Assembly (NCBI RefSeq): GCF_004010195.1
Contig: NC_057719.1
Coordinates: 74,650,043 to 74,714,042, forward strand
DNA: 64,000 bases
Source of the DNA: Chiloscyllium plagiosum
Lineage: Eukaryota
Direction: 5' to 3'
Shown piece by piece: positions 12,373 to 25,239 of the stretch. Under the pieces are notes generated by a model, which was not told where the DNA came from, did not search any database, and saw only the letters and a program-made list of their open reading frames with translations. The position numbers and the translations under genes were made by a program. Each line of letters opens with the position of its first letter. Positions within the stretch are counted from its first letter, which is position 1.

Positions 12373-13565
12373 TCTCAATTCGAACCAGTTTAACTCTAAA
12401 ATAGTGACTGTTTTTCGCTACAAATGCTGATGGATCTGTTGTACATTAACCAAGTTCCCATGTAATTATTTTCAGAAGCCTAGTATTTGTAGACTTTTTC
12501 CTTTGTAAATAGAGTATAATCATTTCGGATAGGGCAAACTGCTTAATAACCCCTTTGTTATTAGAAATGCCAAATAAAATGCCCATTTTATGCCGGTCCT
12601 CTGGCGATATTTTGTTCCCGTAGACTGCACTGCAACAGCAAAGTATTTCCAGATGGGTTCAGGCCAGGATGAAGTTTGTTTGTATTGCAAACCAGTAAAA
12701 ACAGTTTAGAATGAATCTTTTTTTGTATTGCGCTTGTTGAGACAACCTATGCATTGAAGACTTCAGTGACTGAATGAAGCTTGACAGTTGAGTGCTCCTC
12801 AATAGAAAGTGTGTAAAAAGACACCTTAATATGATAATAAGCGAAACATGCCGTCCATTCTCATTTTTGAAATGGAGAAGATGCTTTCAGTTTTCTGTCG
12901 TTTATTGTTGTCCTGAAAGATAGTTCTACCTTTTTGTATTTCTCCTGCTTATGTTGAACAGCCAATATGGTGACAGGAGGAGGGGAGAGAAGAAAGATTT
13001 TTCAAAATTGTACTGCAAATGGATTGGATACTACTGTATAGGATCATCATCTACCTGGGTTAAGATAAAGTGATTTTCATGTGGCCAGACTAATTATAAC
13101 TTTGAAGAATGAAGGGAAATGAAATCCGCAAACCTCAACAATAGATGTTGCATCATATATCAACATGGGTTTCATGACTGCACACCAGTTTGGATCAAGG
13201 GATATTGTCTGACTGAAGGAAAACCAAGCTGAGTTTAAAGATGGTGATATAAATGTTAAAGATTATAATTTAAAAATGTGAAAGATTTAGAGGAGTTTAA
13301 TTCAGTTTGAAGCCATCAGAGTTCCTGAAACAGAAGGTGGAGGCTTTTGCCATTTTAATGACTGTTGAAAAACCTAGCTTGGTTTTATGCTTGGTACCAT
13401 ACAAATAGTGGATGAGAGAGGGAGCTAAGTTACTTGATTTTTTTGGTAGCACATATTAGAAGTCAAAAGCAAGACGTTGTCACAGCCTGTTTTAGAATCT
13501 GTTGAAAGTGTTTATTCCACCGGTAGCTTACAAATACCTGGGTTCAGTCACTTTAATAATTATGG

Positions 13566-13792
13566 GGGTCGGTTAGCTCAGTTGGCTAAATGGCTGGTTT
13601 GCGATGTGGGGTGATGCCAACAGCATGGGTTTGATTCCCACACCAGCTGAGGTTACCACGAAGGCATCTCCTTCTCAACGCTCCCTTCGTCTCCGGCATG
13701 GTGACCCTCTGGTTAAATCAGAACCAGTCATCTCTCTTCTCTAATAAGAGAGCAGCCATGTGGTATGGTAAGATGATGGCAATATTACCTTT
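13566..13792 (+). mobile_element. tRNA-derived SINE, family 2
   Basis: A-box ggttagctcagttggc, B-box-like ggtttgattccc; homologous to 22199-22393 and 63793-63990. Confidence 0.8.
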
Positions 13793-15489
13793 TTTTATTT
13801 ATTCCTTATTTTATCTATTTCCTAGAATAAATTTATAGCTATTTTCCTGTAGCTTGGTTCATTTTATTCCTTTGCAGGCCTGGTACTGCTGAGCTGATAA
13901 CTGGCTGTTTGCAAATTTGTCGTAATTTTAAGGTCAGAAAGCTGAAAACAATGAGTTTAAAATGGTTGCCTGGTTTTAAAACCTGGAATGTTTTGTTTAG
14001 ATACATTGTAATGTTAGTTATTTTGAAAATAAAAGTTGCATTGCCACTTCAAGGTGTGCAGTGAATGAAAAGGCTAAAGCAACTGTGACAGCCTTAACCC
14101 CCAGAAATTAAAGACCTGTTTCCTGCCAGCAAAACCCTATGGTAATTTTAATACTTGGTCACAAAGCCTACGTTGTATATAGCTTTGGCTTCAGTTTCAA
14201 CAAATCTCAAAAAATATTGTTGCAATAACACCCCAAGAAATGGGAGGAGCTAGAAAAGCTCAGCAGGTCTAGTCATGGGAGAAGGTGCCGCAAGACTTAA
14301 AATTGTTCGACTCGATATTGACACTACAACCTGCGTTTGAGTCCAGTTTCAGCACTTCATTTTCCGCTTGGGAACTCTGTAACCATTGGGAAGATGTCAG
14401 GTCTGGGCTGTTGCCAGCAGGGGAGGCAGGCCATCGTTGTCGTAGCTGGGGAACTGGAAGTTGTCAAAACGTGGACAGTGAGGAGAAAGAGGTGGCAAAG
14501 AGTGTTTCTAGAGAGTGTGTCTGCAAGTTGTTGAAAACCTGGTTGACATGTGGCAAAACAGGAATATCCAGCTAACTGGGAGCCAGGAAAATTTGAAGTC
14601 AGTTACTTATTGCAAATGAATGTAGAATCTCTAATTTAAGGCTGCGTGATGTGAGAGAATTTAATGCCATTGTGTTGAACAACAGTATTAATTATTAAAT
14701 GTAAGTCTGAGATGGAGATTTGAGTTACACTAAGAAGAACAGTAACTGCCTGGTTAGAATGATCCAGCTTTATGCATGTATGATGCAAATACATTATCTA
14801 TGATCTAGTCAGTCTGTGTTTAGATGGATGGTTTTTTGTATATAGAAGTGTGGATTTGGATGGGGTAGGGTGGGTGGAAATCCTTTGGTGCTAACTTATA
14901 GCTGTTGTCTTTGCCAGTATAAATACTATAGTTTCTTGACAATGAACTTCCTTTGAATGTTGCGGACTTAGATTAGTGAATGACTGATAATTATTGAGGA
15001 TATTGATGAATTCTTCTAATTTTCATCTTGTGTACATTCAAATACCTCATGTCATCACAAGTACAGAAGGTATTGTTCTGATGTTACTGCAACGCCTGCA
15101 TAAAGGGACTAGTAAGAATGGAAAATATAGCAATATTAATAGCAAAACGCAGCTCCAAAGATTAAAAGCAGCCTCAGGAAACCTTCAAGGGAATTTCATG
15201 AAGGAAACTAAACCTTGGTGGAAAGAGGAACAGAGTCACATGACATGGTGACGACCTGTGAATTGGTGATGGATGTTGAGGAAGAACTGGGTGGGACAAG
15301 GAGAAAGAAAAGTTTGAGGAGGGAAGTCAGAAAAGATTGGATGACAGTGGAGCTAAACTAACAGGACAGAAAGGAATAAAAAGAAATTTTGGGGCAAGAA
15401 AAGAAACAAAATGCACTGTTCTCAAAAAGCAAAAGAAAAGCTAAACTTGCAAAGAAAAGGAAACAAATGGAGCACTGCGATTTCTGTTT

Positions 15490-15900
15490 GAAATTCCAGA
15501 ACTCTGTGTTGAATCCAGAAGGTTGTAACCTACCTAATTGAAAGACAAGGTGCTATTCCTCAAGTTTATGATCAGTCTCAATGGAACAGTGCTAGCAGCC
15601 AGCAGCAGAGCTGTCAGTGAGAGCAAGGTGGACGTTTCAAGTTCACAGGCATGTCTGTGGACTGAATTCCTTTACAATATGGTCACCCACAATGTGTTTG
15701 GTCCCCCCTCTCTTTCCCCCCCCCCCCCCCCCCCCCCCCAGTATAGAGAAGAGCATGTTGAGAGCAGCAAAGGAAGTAAGTAATTTTGATGCAAATACAA
15801 AGAAATCACTGTTTCACTTGGAAGGGGACCTTAAGCAATGAGGATGTAAAGGCAGTGGGTGTTACATCTACTGCATTTGAATGGAAAACTAATGTGAGTG
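15490..15900 (-). mobile_element. Decayed Penelope-like element, GIY-YIG endonuclease C-terminal region
   Basis: Minus strand 15499-15564 translates LEE*HLVFQLGRLQPSGFNTEF (cf. PLE ...HLIFRLGTLQPxGLNIEF). LYTG...TKHIVGD around 15680-15748 corresponds to YIGETKRRLGD and is split by a C-run. Confidence 0.7.
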
Positions 15901-16734
15901 GAGGATGAAGTGTTATGGGAGCTGGTGACTGAAGAGTGGTCTAGGGTATCATGGAGAGCATAGACCCTCCCTGAAAAAGCAGAGGATGAAGGGTGCCTCT
16001 AGACATTATCTTTTGTTTCTTCTCTTATCCCATCTCCACTTCATTTAGCTCAGAATACATTTTGGTCATTCTGGCTCAGAGCTTCCTTTTGTCCTGATTC
16101 CTTTCATCCTCTGAGTAAAATCTGTTACATTCCAAAACTACTATTCCCAGTTTTGCTGAGTGGTCATCAACTTCAAACATGGACTTAGCTGCTGCAGAGA
16201 GGAAGGATCAGATGTGAGTTTGCTACAGATTTCCAGCACCAGCAGTGTGTAGCTTTTTGACTGAAGCACATTGGTTGAGGTTATAATTTTAAGACAGGCT
16301 GTGAGCGATGCATCACCTGACTGACGACTGACTTGCTGTAACTTGTTCAATGAGTACCCACTCAAAGTTGACATTAAGAAGTTGAGTTGCATGCTGGTAG
16401 TTTCTGAGCATAAACAGCAAATGAAGCAACTGGCAAGCTGTATGCTGGAAATAGTCTCGTCTTATGTGGGCGAACTGTTAATTGCTCATGAGTTATGCTG
16501 CCTTGTGATCTTTTGTCAAATTCTCTTGGTGTTTGGTATTTGCCAGTTTTTTCTACAGTAAAGCATCCGTTAACTTGCCAACATAAATTTTTGTTAGGAA
16601 GTTTTTCTAGTCTTCAGCTCTCCGGAAACATTTTTAGCTTGGCCTATGAGCTTGATGTTACAGATGAGATTCCTGGTAGTTTTGGTGCACAACAAGTTCC
16701 CACAAACAATCTTGAAATGACCAGATAATCTTTT

Positions 16735-16997
16735 TGCGATATTGATTGACTAATAAACCTAGCCAGTATGCCATGGGTAACTCCCTTACTCTACTTCAAG
16801 ATATTGCCATCAGATCTTTTATGTCCACTTTCCATGCCAGGCAAGCATTAGTTTCACCTGAAAGATGGCACCTCTGACAGTGCAGCACTCCTCTTTACTG
16901 CATGTAATGTCGATCTATATTGTTCATGCTCAGGTCTCTAGCGTTTAGTCTCATCTTCTCGTTAGGAGGTGGATGTGCTACCAACTGAGCCAAGTCT
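16735..16997 (-). mobile_element. Deu-domain SINE (SacSINE1/AmnSINE1-like), old
   Basis: Plus strand gatcttttatgtccac...ctgaaagatggcacctctgacagtgcagcactcc...gtgctaccaactgagcca, the reverse of a tRNA head plus Deu domain. Confidence 0.7.
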
Positions 16998-18544
16998 GAT
17001 AAAGTTGTATGAAAATAAGATTAGAATCTGTGAAGTCGAGGGGTGCACCTTGCTTAATTATCTCCTTGTCTCCAATCCCTCTTCACTTAAAGGCTATATT
17101 TGTTATTGACTTCCTCTGTGCAGCACTATGATAAATTGACAAGCAATATCAATTTGTATCTTTCAAAACCGCAGTTTTGCTTTATTTGGTATTCGCCTGA
17201 ATTTAGTCTTGTTGGATTTTCAGTACATAATGAAGTTGACAACAAATGAGCTTATAAAGTGTTGTGACCACCATTACATCTTTGTTCAGTTGAATTATAT
17301 TAATATATTCAACCCCATTTTGTATCATTTGAAAATGTTTTTAAAACTCTGAAACGTGAGACATGAGTACAGAATGTTTGGAAAAGGAAGCATTTGCTAA
17401 TGCCCAGTGTTAAATAGAAAGAATGTCCAATTGCCTCTGAAGGCAGAGTTAGAAAACATCTATGATTGCTTTGTATTAGCTGCTTGGATTGAATCAAAAT
17501 ACAAGAGCAACAATTTGTGATGAATGCAGTGATTAGACAGTAGCCAAACAAGAAATCACTTGTATGATTTGCAGGCAGGTTTCCAGCACTCTAAATACAA
17601 ATGTGGTCAGCCTGTTCTGTCCCACTCTACAGCTGTGGGAAGCAGGTGATTCTTATATCGCATAAGATTGTCAGTTCTGATAAAGGTGTATGATGCTGTG
17701 ATCTGTGCATGCATTACTGTTGATGATGGATAGACTGCAAACTCTTTGTGGGCTAAGTTTCGGGGGAGAAAAAGTTCCATTGGGAGGCAAAAGCAGTTTC
17801 CTGGAGAAAATGCTTGCTTAGTTTTCCTTCACTTTTCCCCACTTCCTATCAGCGAACAATCCTGAGCATATATAGAAATTATTGGTCAGTCTGTTTTGCC
17901 CATTCCAGCAGCTGTTGAAGATCCCAAGGCACTTAAGAATTGCCCATTGGCATGGACAATGTAACTGTCAACCATACACACCCAAAAACAACAAGCAGAT
18001 TATTGGACCATGTGGCTATTGGCTGTGGAGCATTGCCTGTCCTGAACTGTTTCAACACTCCAAAGCTAATTATTTATAAGAATTGCTTGAGATACTGATA
18101 AGATGTAGTTAACAGTTTTATTTTAGCTGTTTTATTAATCATTCAGTTGTCTTCCTTGCTGTGGAAGAGTTTGTGTTAAGGGGAAAGATCTGACAAACAG
18201 TATATTGCAAAAAAGCTACTAAGTTTTTTTTCTGTTTTAAAGAGCTTACAAAGGATTTTTACAGCCTCTAATTCTCCGGTGTATGTTCTTTGGAATTCAG
18301 ACAGCCAAGTGTTTAAGCTGCTTGTTTAGAGGAGAATTCAACAATTTTTTTCTTAAACTGTACTGGGGCTTATCAATTACATACTGCTGGTGTTGGATGT
18401 TATTAGTCATATGTGGAAGGGCTTACTGATGTTGTGAAGTAATATTTATAAAATGTCAGGTCTTTTTGTTTCCATTGCTGCATACAAATTGCACAAATAG
18501 TTAAGTCTGTATATTAAGAGATAACTGAGGTAACATATATATTG

Positions 18545-18840
18545 AATGTACAAATAAGGAGCAGGAGTAGGCTGTTTGGTTCCTGAAATGTGATCCTCCA
18601 TTTGATAAGATTGTAGCTCATCTGATTGTGACTTCCAATCCATATTCCTGCTGACTATCTTTCTCCTCCCTCCCCATCTTAGATTCATTCCCTTGTTAGT
18701 GAAGAAACTATTTCCGCCTTTAAAAATATTCCATGCCTTTACCACCACGGTGCTTTGGGGAAGAGAGTTTGAAAGAATCCCAACCTTTTGAGAGAGAAAA
18801 CTTCTCCTTGTCTCTGTTTCTTAAATGAAAGACCCCTTTT
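18545..18840 (-). mobile_element. CR1 LINE 3' fragment (second tail type)
   Basis: ggagcaggagtaggc tail and ggaagagagtttgaaagaatcccaacc...cttctcct, similar to 25240-25880. Confidence 0.7.
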
Positions 18841-20733
18841 GTTTCCTTTTAGAAGGTTGAAGATTTCCCTCTATAGCTTTCCCTATGTCAGGGAATTGCT
18901 TTACACTCAAATACAAGCATTCTGCACAGTTTTCAAGTTTGTTCCATGAATAGTTCCGTTGCATTCTGACCTTGAGGCTTTTGGGAAATCACACTGGTGA
19001 ACAACAGGAGTTACCCAGTGAGTAAATGGAAACCTGCTTTATATATGGAAAAATGCTATCTATATGCTTTGGGGGGTGAAGATAGAGGCAGAAATGATTT
19101 AGAAGGAAAATCCCAGTACTACTGGCAAATTGACCTATGGGTCTGTCTGATATACTTCACTATGACTAGCATGTTTATTTCCACTGGTTTTTCCCTCTGG
19201 GTAAGGAAGAGAGTTAGGATCAGGGAGCTGAAACAATGGCTCCAGTCTTTCCAATATTTAATCAGGAGGAACTCCTGCTCACGCAGCACTGCTAATCCAC
19301 CATCCAGAGGAAGGGAAAATGACATTGGTTTAGTGGTGGTCTTTCATGAGGTGAAATATTTGTGATACTTTTGGACCAAATAGGTAGTTAGATTGTTAAT
19401 TGGCCATCGTTCACAATGGACCCAAGGCATCTTTGTTTGTCTACTAGAGAGATTTGTTTATAAAATTTGAATGGCACCCCTCTGAATCATATGTATGATA
19501 CAGCAAGGACTCTGATCTCCCTGTAGCACCACAGCCTTTATGTGGATAGAACTTAAACTGTTAACATTATTTTGAGACTCACTGAGCCTGGGTTGAATCA
19601 CCCCCCTTGGCTGATTTTACGCAGAGTGAGTGGGCATTGCATTGGAAGACAAAAATGGGTGGGGAATAAAATTTGGCATAGGAAGATTGAAACACAAAAT
19701 GGTTTTCTAGATCTCAAAGATGCCCTCCCCCCACCCCCCCGCCATTTCCACATTTTATATTCTTCCTCCCCACACACGCACATTGTTTATGAAATACTTG
19801 ATTCGCAAATACAGAGACAGTCTATTCAAATGCTATTGTAATTTTTAGCAATTCGCAATGTATGTTAGAATGGGAATCAGTTTTTTTTAAAAAGTATGTT
19901 TCCAGCAAATTTCAGTAACTTGAGAACTGAGCAGGGGAAAGCAGAAGAGGGCACAGCATTTGTAAATGTGCTGGTGAATCCTATTGCCTGTTGAAAGGGT
20001 TTTTTTGCAAAGCAATTTGCTGGTGTGATCTCCACTGTTACTACATGGATACGACAGGAGAACTGTAGCCTTGGGTCACGAGCAGGATGAAAGCAGCCAT
20101 TACCAATTAAAATTACTACACTAAACAACTGGACATGAGTTTCAGTGAAGTCTTTTCTACACTACTGAAAGCATTTCATAAATAAGTGTGCATGTTACAA
20201 TGAAAAAAATTTTCTTTGCCCTTACTGCAAAGCTGCATTTTACTGGAGAATGCTGATGTTGAAGAGCAGTTTAATCTTGCTTCTACATTATTGGTCTGAC
20301 CACATTGATATTAACCTAGGTGAAGGTCAAATGTGAGATTGTGATTCTTTAATTTATAGGTACTCTTGTAGTATATAATAGGACATTGTTGATTTAAGAT
20401 TTAATCTGCCACTGTGTAAATGTTCTTTCATGTGATATTTCCCCTTTCTTTCTTTGTAAAAGTATAGAAATGTTTCCTTTGTGCTGGTTCAGCCTTGACC
20501 GTCTTTATTAAAGTCACTGTTATGGTCCAGCCATCTGCTTATGTTTGGAGAATGAGAGGTTAACGTTGATCTTGGGCACTCTGTGCAATAATGAAATCCT
20601 AAGAATTCTGATGAACACATGCCTCACTGAGTTTTAAAGGCATATTGAGATTTTTTTAGGAGGATGAGCAATGTACAATATGCAGGTTGAATTTATCCCT
20701 TTATTTCTCATAGCTTCTGCAGTCCGTTGACTG

Positions 20734-20881
20734 CAGGAGCTGGACAGAAACCACATTACAAAAAGGGACTCTGAATGGGTTTGCCGGAAGCAGGGAATGA
20801 CAGATAAGCCAGGTCAGTCACTCTGCCACATAGACCTTCACCCCAACCTTTCAAACCAATTTGTTTCTTCAGGCATTAAAT
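20734..20881. repeat. Left arm of ~150-bp inverted repeat (partner 21804-21953)
   Basis: Aligns to the reverse complement of 21804-21953 with about 19 differences by hand count. Confidence 0.95.
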
Positions 20882-20977
20882 ACCCCCCACCTGACAACCC
20901 CTCCAACCTAAAAAGGGCTGTGGAAGCACAGTTTTGGAGTTTGCCTACTCCTATGCCATGGAGACTATGACCAAGTG

Positions 20978-21275
20978 CTATTATTGCAGGACTATTAATC
21001 CAGAGAGCCAGGTAATGTTCTGCGAGCCAGGGTTCAAATCCTGCTAAGGCTGATGGTGGAATTTGAATTTGATAATAGAATCTGGAATTATAAGTTTAAT
21101 GATGACCATGAAACCACTGTCAGGAAAAAAGAAATCTGGTTCACTAATGTCCTGTAGGGAAGGACATCTGTCACCCTTGCCTGGTCTGACTCCAACACCA
21201 ATGTGGTTGCCTCATAACCCCATTTGTGGGCAATTAGGGATGGGCTACCAAAGCTGGCCTCCATTGCAATGATGC
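20978..21275 (+). mobile_element. tRNA-headed SINE with CR1-type tail, family 3
   Basis: ggactattaatccagaga...gggttcaaatcc...tggtggaatttgaat...tctggttcactaatgtcc...gggcaattagggatgggc; homologous to 24200-24530. Confidence 0.75.
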
Positions 21276-21803
21276 CCTCCTCTGAAGAAATGGGGTTGTG
21301 TGGTGGGGGGTGGGGTGGGGGCGGCTATGGGGATAGTGTGGATAAAAGTTCTTGAAGTATTTTATCAGACCTGATCATATTGCATGTTGGAGCATGCTCG
21401 GCAGGACAGTCTAATCCTTTTCGTACTCTCCACATGTTCCTGTCAGCTACACTATATAGAGGAAAACTCTTGCAATTGGATGCCAATTTTGAGGAATCAC
21501 TGTTGCTCACCTTGTAGCAACCAGCCAGAAATGGGCATTGGCAGGATCAAACCATGTTAACTTTTTTGTGTGTGACAGAGGAAGAGACTTGATGTAAATA
21601 GGAGGGGAAATGTAATCCATATGTAATTTTCTAGGTACCCAAGTAACTTGTGGAAAAAGCTTTTTTTTTTAAGGAAGGAAATTTGACCGATGAATTGAAA
21701 TAGAGAGAAGCCTCTTGTGACTCTTGACTCAAATGGGAGGGAGACTGTCCTAACCCCATGCTGACGTTAACTGCTCAGAGCTGCAGAACTACAGCAAGAG
21801 CCA

Positions 21804-21953
21804 ATTTAATGCCCGAAAAAACAAAATGGTTTGAAAGGTTGGGGTGAAGGTCTGTGTGGCAGAGTGACTGACCTGGTTCTTCTGTTTTTTTCCCTGATTC
21901 CCACAAACCATTCAGAGTCCCTTTTTTGTAAAGTGGGTTCTGTTCAGCTCCTG
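21804..21953. repeat. Right arm of ~150-bp inverted repeat (partner 20734-20881)
   Basis: Contains tggtttgaaaggttggggtgaaggtctgtgtggcagagtgactgacctgg, the reverse complement of the left-arm core with one mismatch. Confidence 0.95.
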
Positions 21954-22198
21954 GCTAGAATACTGTCTAAAGGATAAACTTTCTGTCGTCCAAGTAGTAT
22001 TTGAATAGAAGAAGGTGACTGGTTTCATCGTAAACGTTCAATGGCTTTTTCGTGTGAAGGGTGATGTAGGAAAGTCCCCAGGTTACTGGAGCCTTTGATT
22101 TGTGGCGTGAGAAAATGAGACACGCTCAGTCAAATGAGCATCAGATTTGAAAGGCAAGTTGTGGTCTCCTCTGCAGCATCAGTTATACAGAAATACAT

Positions 22199-22393
22199 AC
22201 TGGTTTGCGATGCAGAGTAATGCCAACTGCATGGATTCAATTCCCACACTGTTAGCATGAAGAACTCTCCTTCTCCACCTCTCCCCTTGCTTGAGATGTG
22301 GCGAGCCCCCAGGTTAAAACACCATCAGTCATCTCTCTCTGATGAGAGAGCAGACCTACGGTCTGATAACAAAACCATGGTGACTTTATCTTA
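22199..22393 (+). mobile_element. tRNA-derived SINE, family 2 (5'-truncated)
   Basis: ctggtttgcgatgcagagtaatgccaac...ttcaattccc...agtcatctctctct...gagagagcag, as at 13566-13792. Confidence 0.75.
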
Positions 22394-24199
22394 CAGAAAT
22401 AAATAAATATTAATGGACATTATATGTAGTCTTTCCCCCTAATGTCAAATGAAGACTTCAAGTTGTGATTTTGAGATGTATTATGTCCACTTTTCATACA
22501 GATTTAATATGGTTTCCATCAGGGTTATTATAGCATAGTAGTAAAGTTTCTAGACCAATAACCTAGAGTCGTGGCCTAAAAATCTGGCAATTTATGCACT
22601 TCAATTCTATCATTGTAGCTGATGAATTTTAAATCTAATTATGTAGTTCTGGGGCAAAGAGTGAGTGACAGTAATGTTGAAACTGAGAAACCACTGAATT
22701 GTGAGAAAAGACCATCTGGTTCTATAATGTCCTTCAAAGTAGGAAATGTACTATTCTTACCAGGGCAGGCCCACAAATTACAGCCATGACTGTGAGTGCC
22801 CCTTTGATTGCCCTTCGAAATAGCCAAGCAAAGCATCAATTGTATTCAAGAAGGTGGTGCAGCACTACCTTCCTGTGGGCAGTTAGGATGGGTAATACAT
22901 GCTGATTGTCGCAGCAACACTCTCATCCTCTGAATGACATAAAAACAAAATGGCTGCTGGTGTGGTGTGGGCCAGCACTTGGATATGGTGTGACAAGAGA
23001 GGGAGAGCAAACCTGGATGATTATTGTACTATATTCCATTGAGATCAGAATGTGCGGACTGATTAACCGATCATCTCGCTTCCCCTGTCACTTGCAAGTT
23101 GTTCTTTCAGCTCATGATGCTATTATTTCTAATGAATTTATTATAAAATTGCACACTGCAGAAAATTGCCTTCTAGACCAGCAAACAGTCAGCTACGAGT
23201 GACTTGTGAACAACTGCCGTGCCCAGCGAAGTGTATATAGCATGCAATCCAGACTGGTTCAGTTATGCAAGTTATCATTTAGCTTGTCATAAATGTCCAG
23301 AGATGTATGTTTTAAAAAAAGAGCAAGCTAGCTTTCTTAATGAGAGTGACCTTCCACTGATCCTTGACATCAGTGAATGAATGTTATCAGCAAAATGACA
23401 TGTGCTTACATTAATTCATCAATCACTTAATTGGACAGGCAAAAAAGCTCAGTCTTTTTATTTCCCTTCCCACCCCCACCCTGACCCTGATCCTTCCCTT
23501 GCAGAATGAAACTATTCACGCTACTGTATTGTTTGCGCTCAATACACTATTACCTCTTCCAGACCTGCGCCTTTTGTACAAAGGGGTACTTGTCCTAAGA
23601 GCAGCATTCAGAACATGAGTTCATTTATTTTAAAAATAAGTGCCGAGTACAGTAATTTGAGTTCCCTGCTGTTGCTCTTCACGTGCACTTATTGAAAGTC
23701 CAGGCTGTATGAATGGTCTTTTAATTGCATTGGTGTGCGAGTGTACACATTACAGCCTGACTTAGCCTATGCATTAGTATAAATCTCGTTTCCAGTTGAG
23801 GACTGAGCACCGTTTTAAACACTGCTGACCTACTCTTTCGAGGGCTCGTGGTGTTTTCTTTCCATTAGTGTGCAGCAACTTGCTGAAACAGCACCTTTGG
23901 TGGGCAGTGTAAGCAGAACTGTCAAATCTGACTAAACCTTCAGTCACAAACGAATCCCTCGAGTAAAGTTCAGCCACGAAGACTGGAAGTCTCGAATATT
24001 CGACAAAATAAACGCTTTGTGTTTGTTTAATTGCACCACTTCTGCCACAGTGCAAGCAGGGCCTGCATTGTGAGCATGACTAATACAGCCAGCTTGTAAG
24101 GTTGCTACACCAGCTGAATGTTTGATATGGTGACCATCAGTGTGTGTCTAGATACATTAGAGAGGACAAGGTGGTGTGAGCATTTCTTTTTTTAAAAAA

Positions 24200-24530
24200 A
24201 ACATTCACGAGGTGACTGTTGCTGGCTGCGCCAGCATTTATTGCCCGTAGGGCAGTTGAAAATCAACCACATGGCTCTGGGGTCTGGAGTCACATGTAGG
24301 TCAGACCTGCTAAGGACGGCAGTTACCTTTTTCTAAAGGGCATTAATGATACAGATGGGTTTTTCATGACAATTGGCGATGGGTTCAAGGTTGTCATTAT
24401 TCTCTTAATTCCAGATTTTTATTGAATTCAAATGCCACCAGCTGCTGTGGCAGAATTTGAATCTAGGTCCCCATCAGATTAGCTGGATCTCTGGATTAAC
24501 AGTGCAGCGATAATATCACTAAGCCATTGC
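24200..24530 (-). mobile_element. tRNA-headed SINE with CR1-type tail, family 3, near complete
   Basis: ccagcatttattgccc...gggtctggagtcacatgtagg...ttccagattttt...gaatttgaatc; partial copies at 33910-34060, 43365-43530 and 22660-22945. Confidence 0.75.
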
Positions 24531-24819
24531 CTTCCCAACATCTTGTTGGTTTAGTTAGTTCTTATTGGATGCATTTTGTCATTGAAATGCATTTGTTTCC
24601 ATTCATTCATCCTTCCCTCCCTTGCAAATGTAACTTTTTGATTTGTTGGAGTTGTGTCCAGATTCTGTGTGGTGAGAGAATTGTGCTGTTCTTAAACCAG
24701 AGGCATGAGTCATATCACTGCCAAGTAATAATTCTAAATAAAAACTTCATTTGCAAGCACCTGCCTTCTAATCTCTGTTTTCAAAGGTGTGCCCAAACCG
24801 AGCTGAGGATTTGTGCCAA

Positions 24820-25035
24820 ACACAAGGCTGGAGAAACTCGGCAGGTCTGACAGCATCTGTAGAGGGAAATAGAGTTCGCGTTTTGAGTGTGGTGTAACTT
24901 CTTCAGAACATGAAGACAAGTCCCACCAGATCGGAAACATCTGTTTCTCTCTGCACAGATGCTGCCAGACCTGCGACATTCCTTCAGCCTCCTCCATGTT
25001 TGTTTCAGATTTCCAACATCCACAGTGTTTTGCTT
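24820..25035. mobile_element. Fold-back Penelope-terminus mini element (family B) with degenerate hammerhead cores
   Basis: ctggagaaactcggcaggtctgacagcatctgt ... acagatgctgccagacctgc inverted arms; minus-strand gttctgaagaag...caaaacgcgaac. Confidence 0.7.
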
Positions 25036-25239
25036 GTGTTCAGCATGTGGGTACATTGAGTAGTGAAGTTCCTTTTGCCCTTCGATCCCATGACTGTCCA
25101 AAATGTGCTATCCTTAAAAGCCCAGAGGGGTATGTGTATCTCAGACACTGTTGGATTTTGATAAAATGCATCAAGACAGCTAGTGTAATATATTATGGAC
25201 ACCACTCCCTGTCCCATTATTCCTTCTCCTTCACTTAAT

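Noticed and set aside
13566..13645. tRNA gene-like sequence
   Set aside because: No complete cloverleaf; it is the head of a SINE present three times in the window.
13878..13932. Candidate 55-nt plus-strand exon (tttgcag ... AAG|gtcaga)
   Set aside because: Splice-like signals only; no recognisable peptide, and such matches are common by chance.
23774..24055. 93-aa minus-strand ORF
   Set aside because: No recognisable homology or splice context; length expected by chance in six frames.
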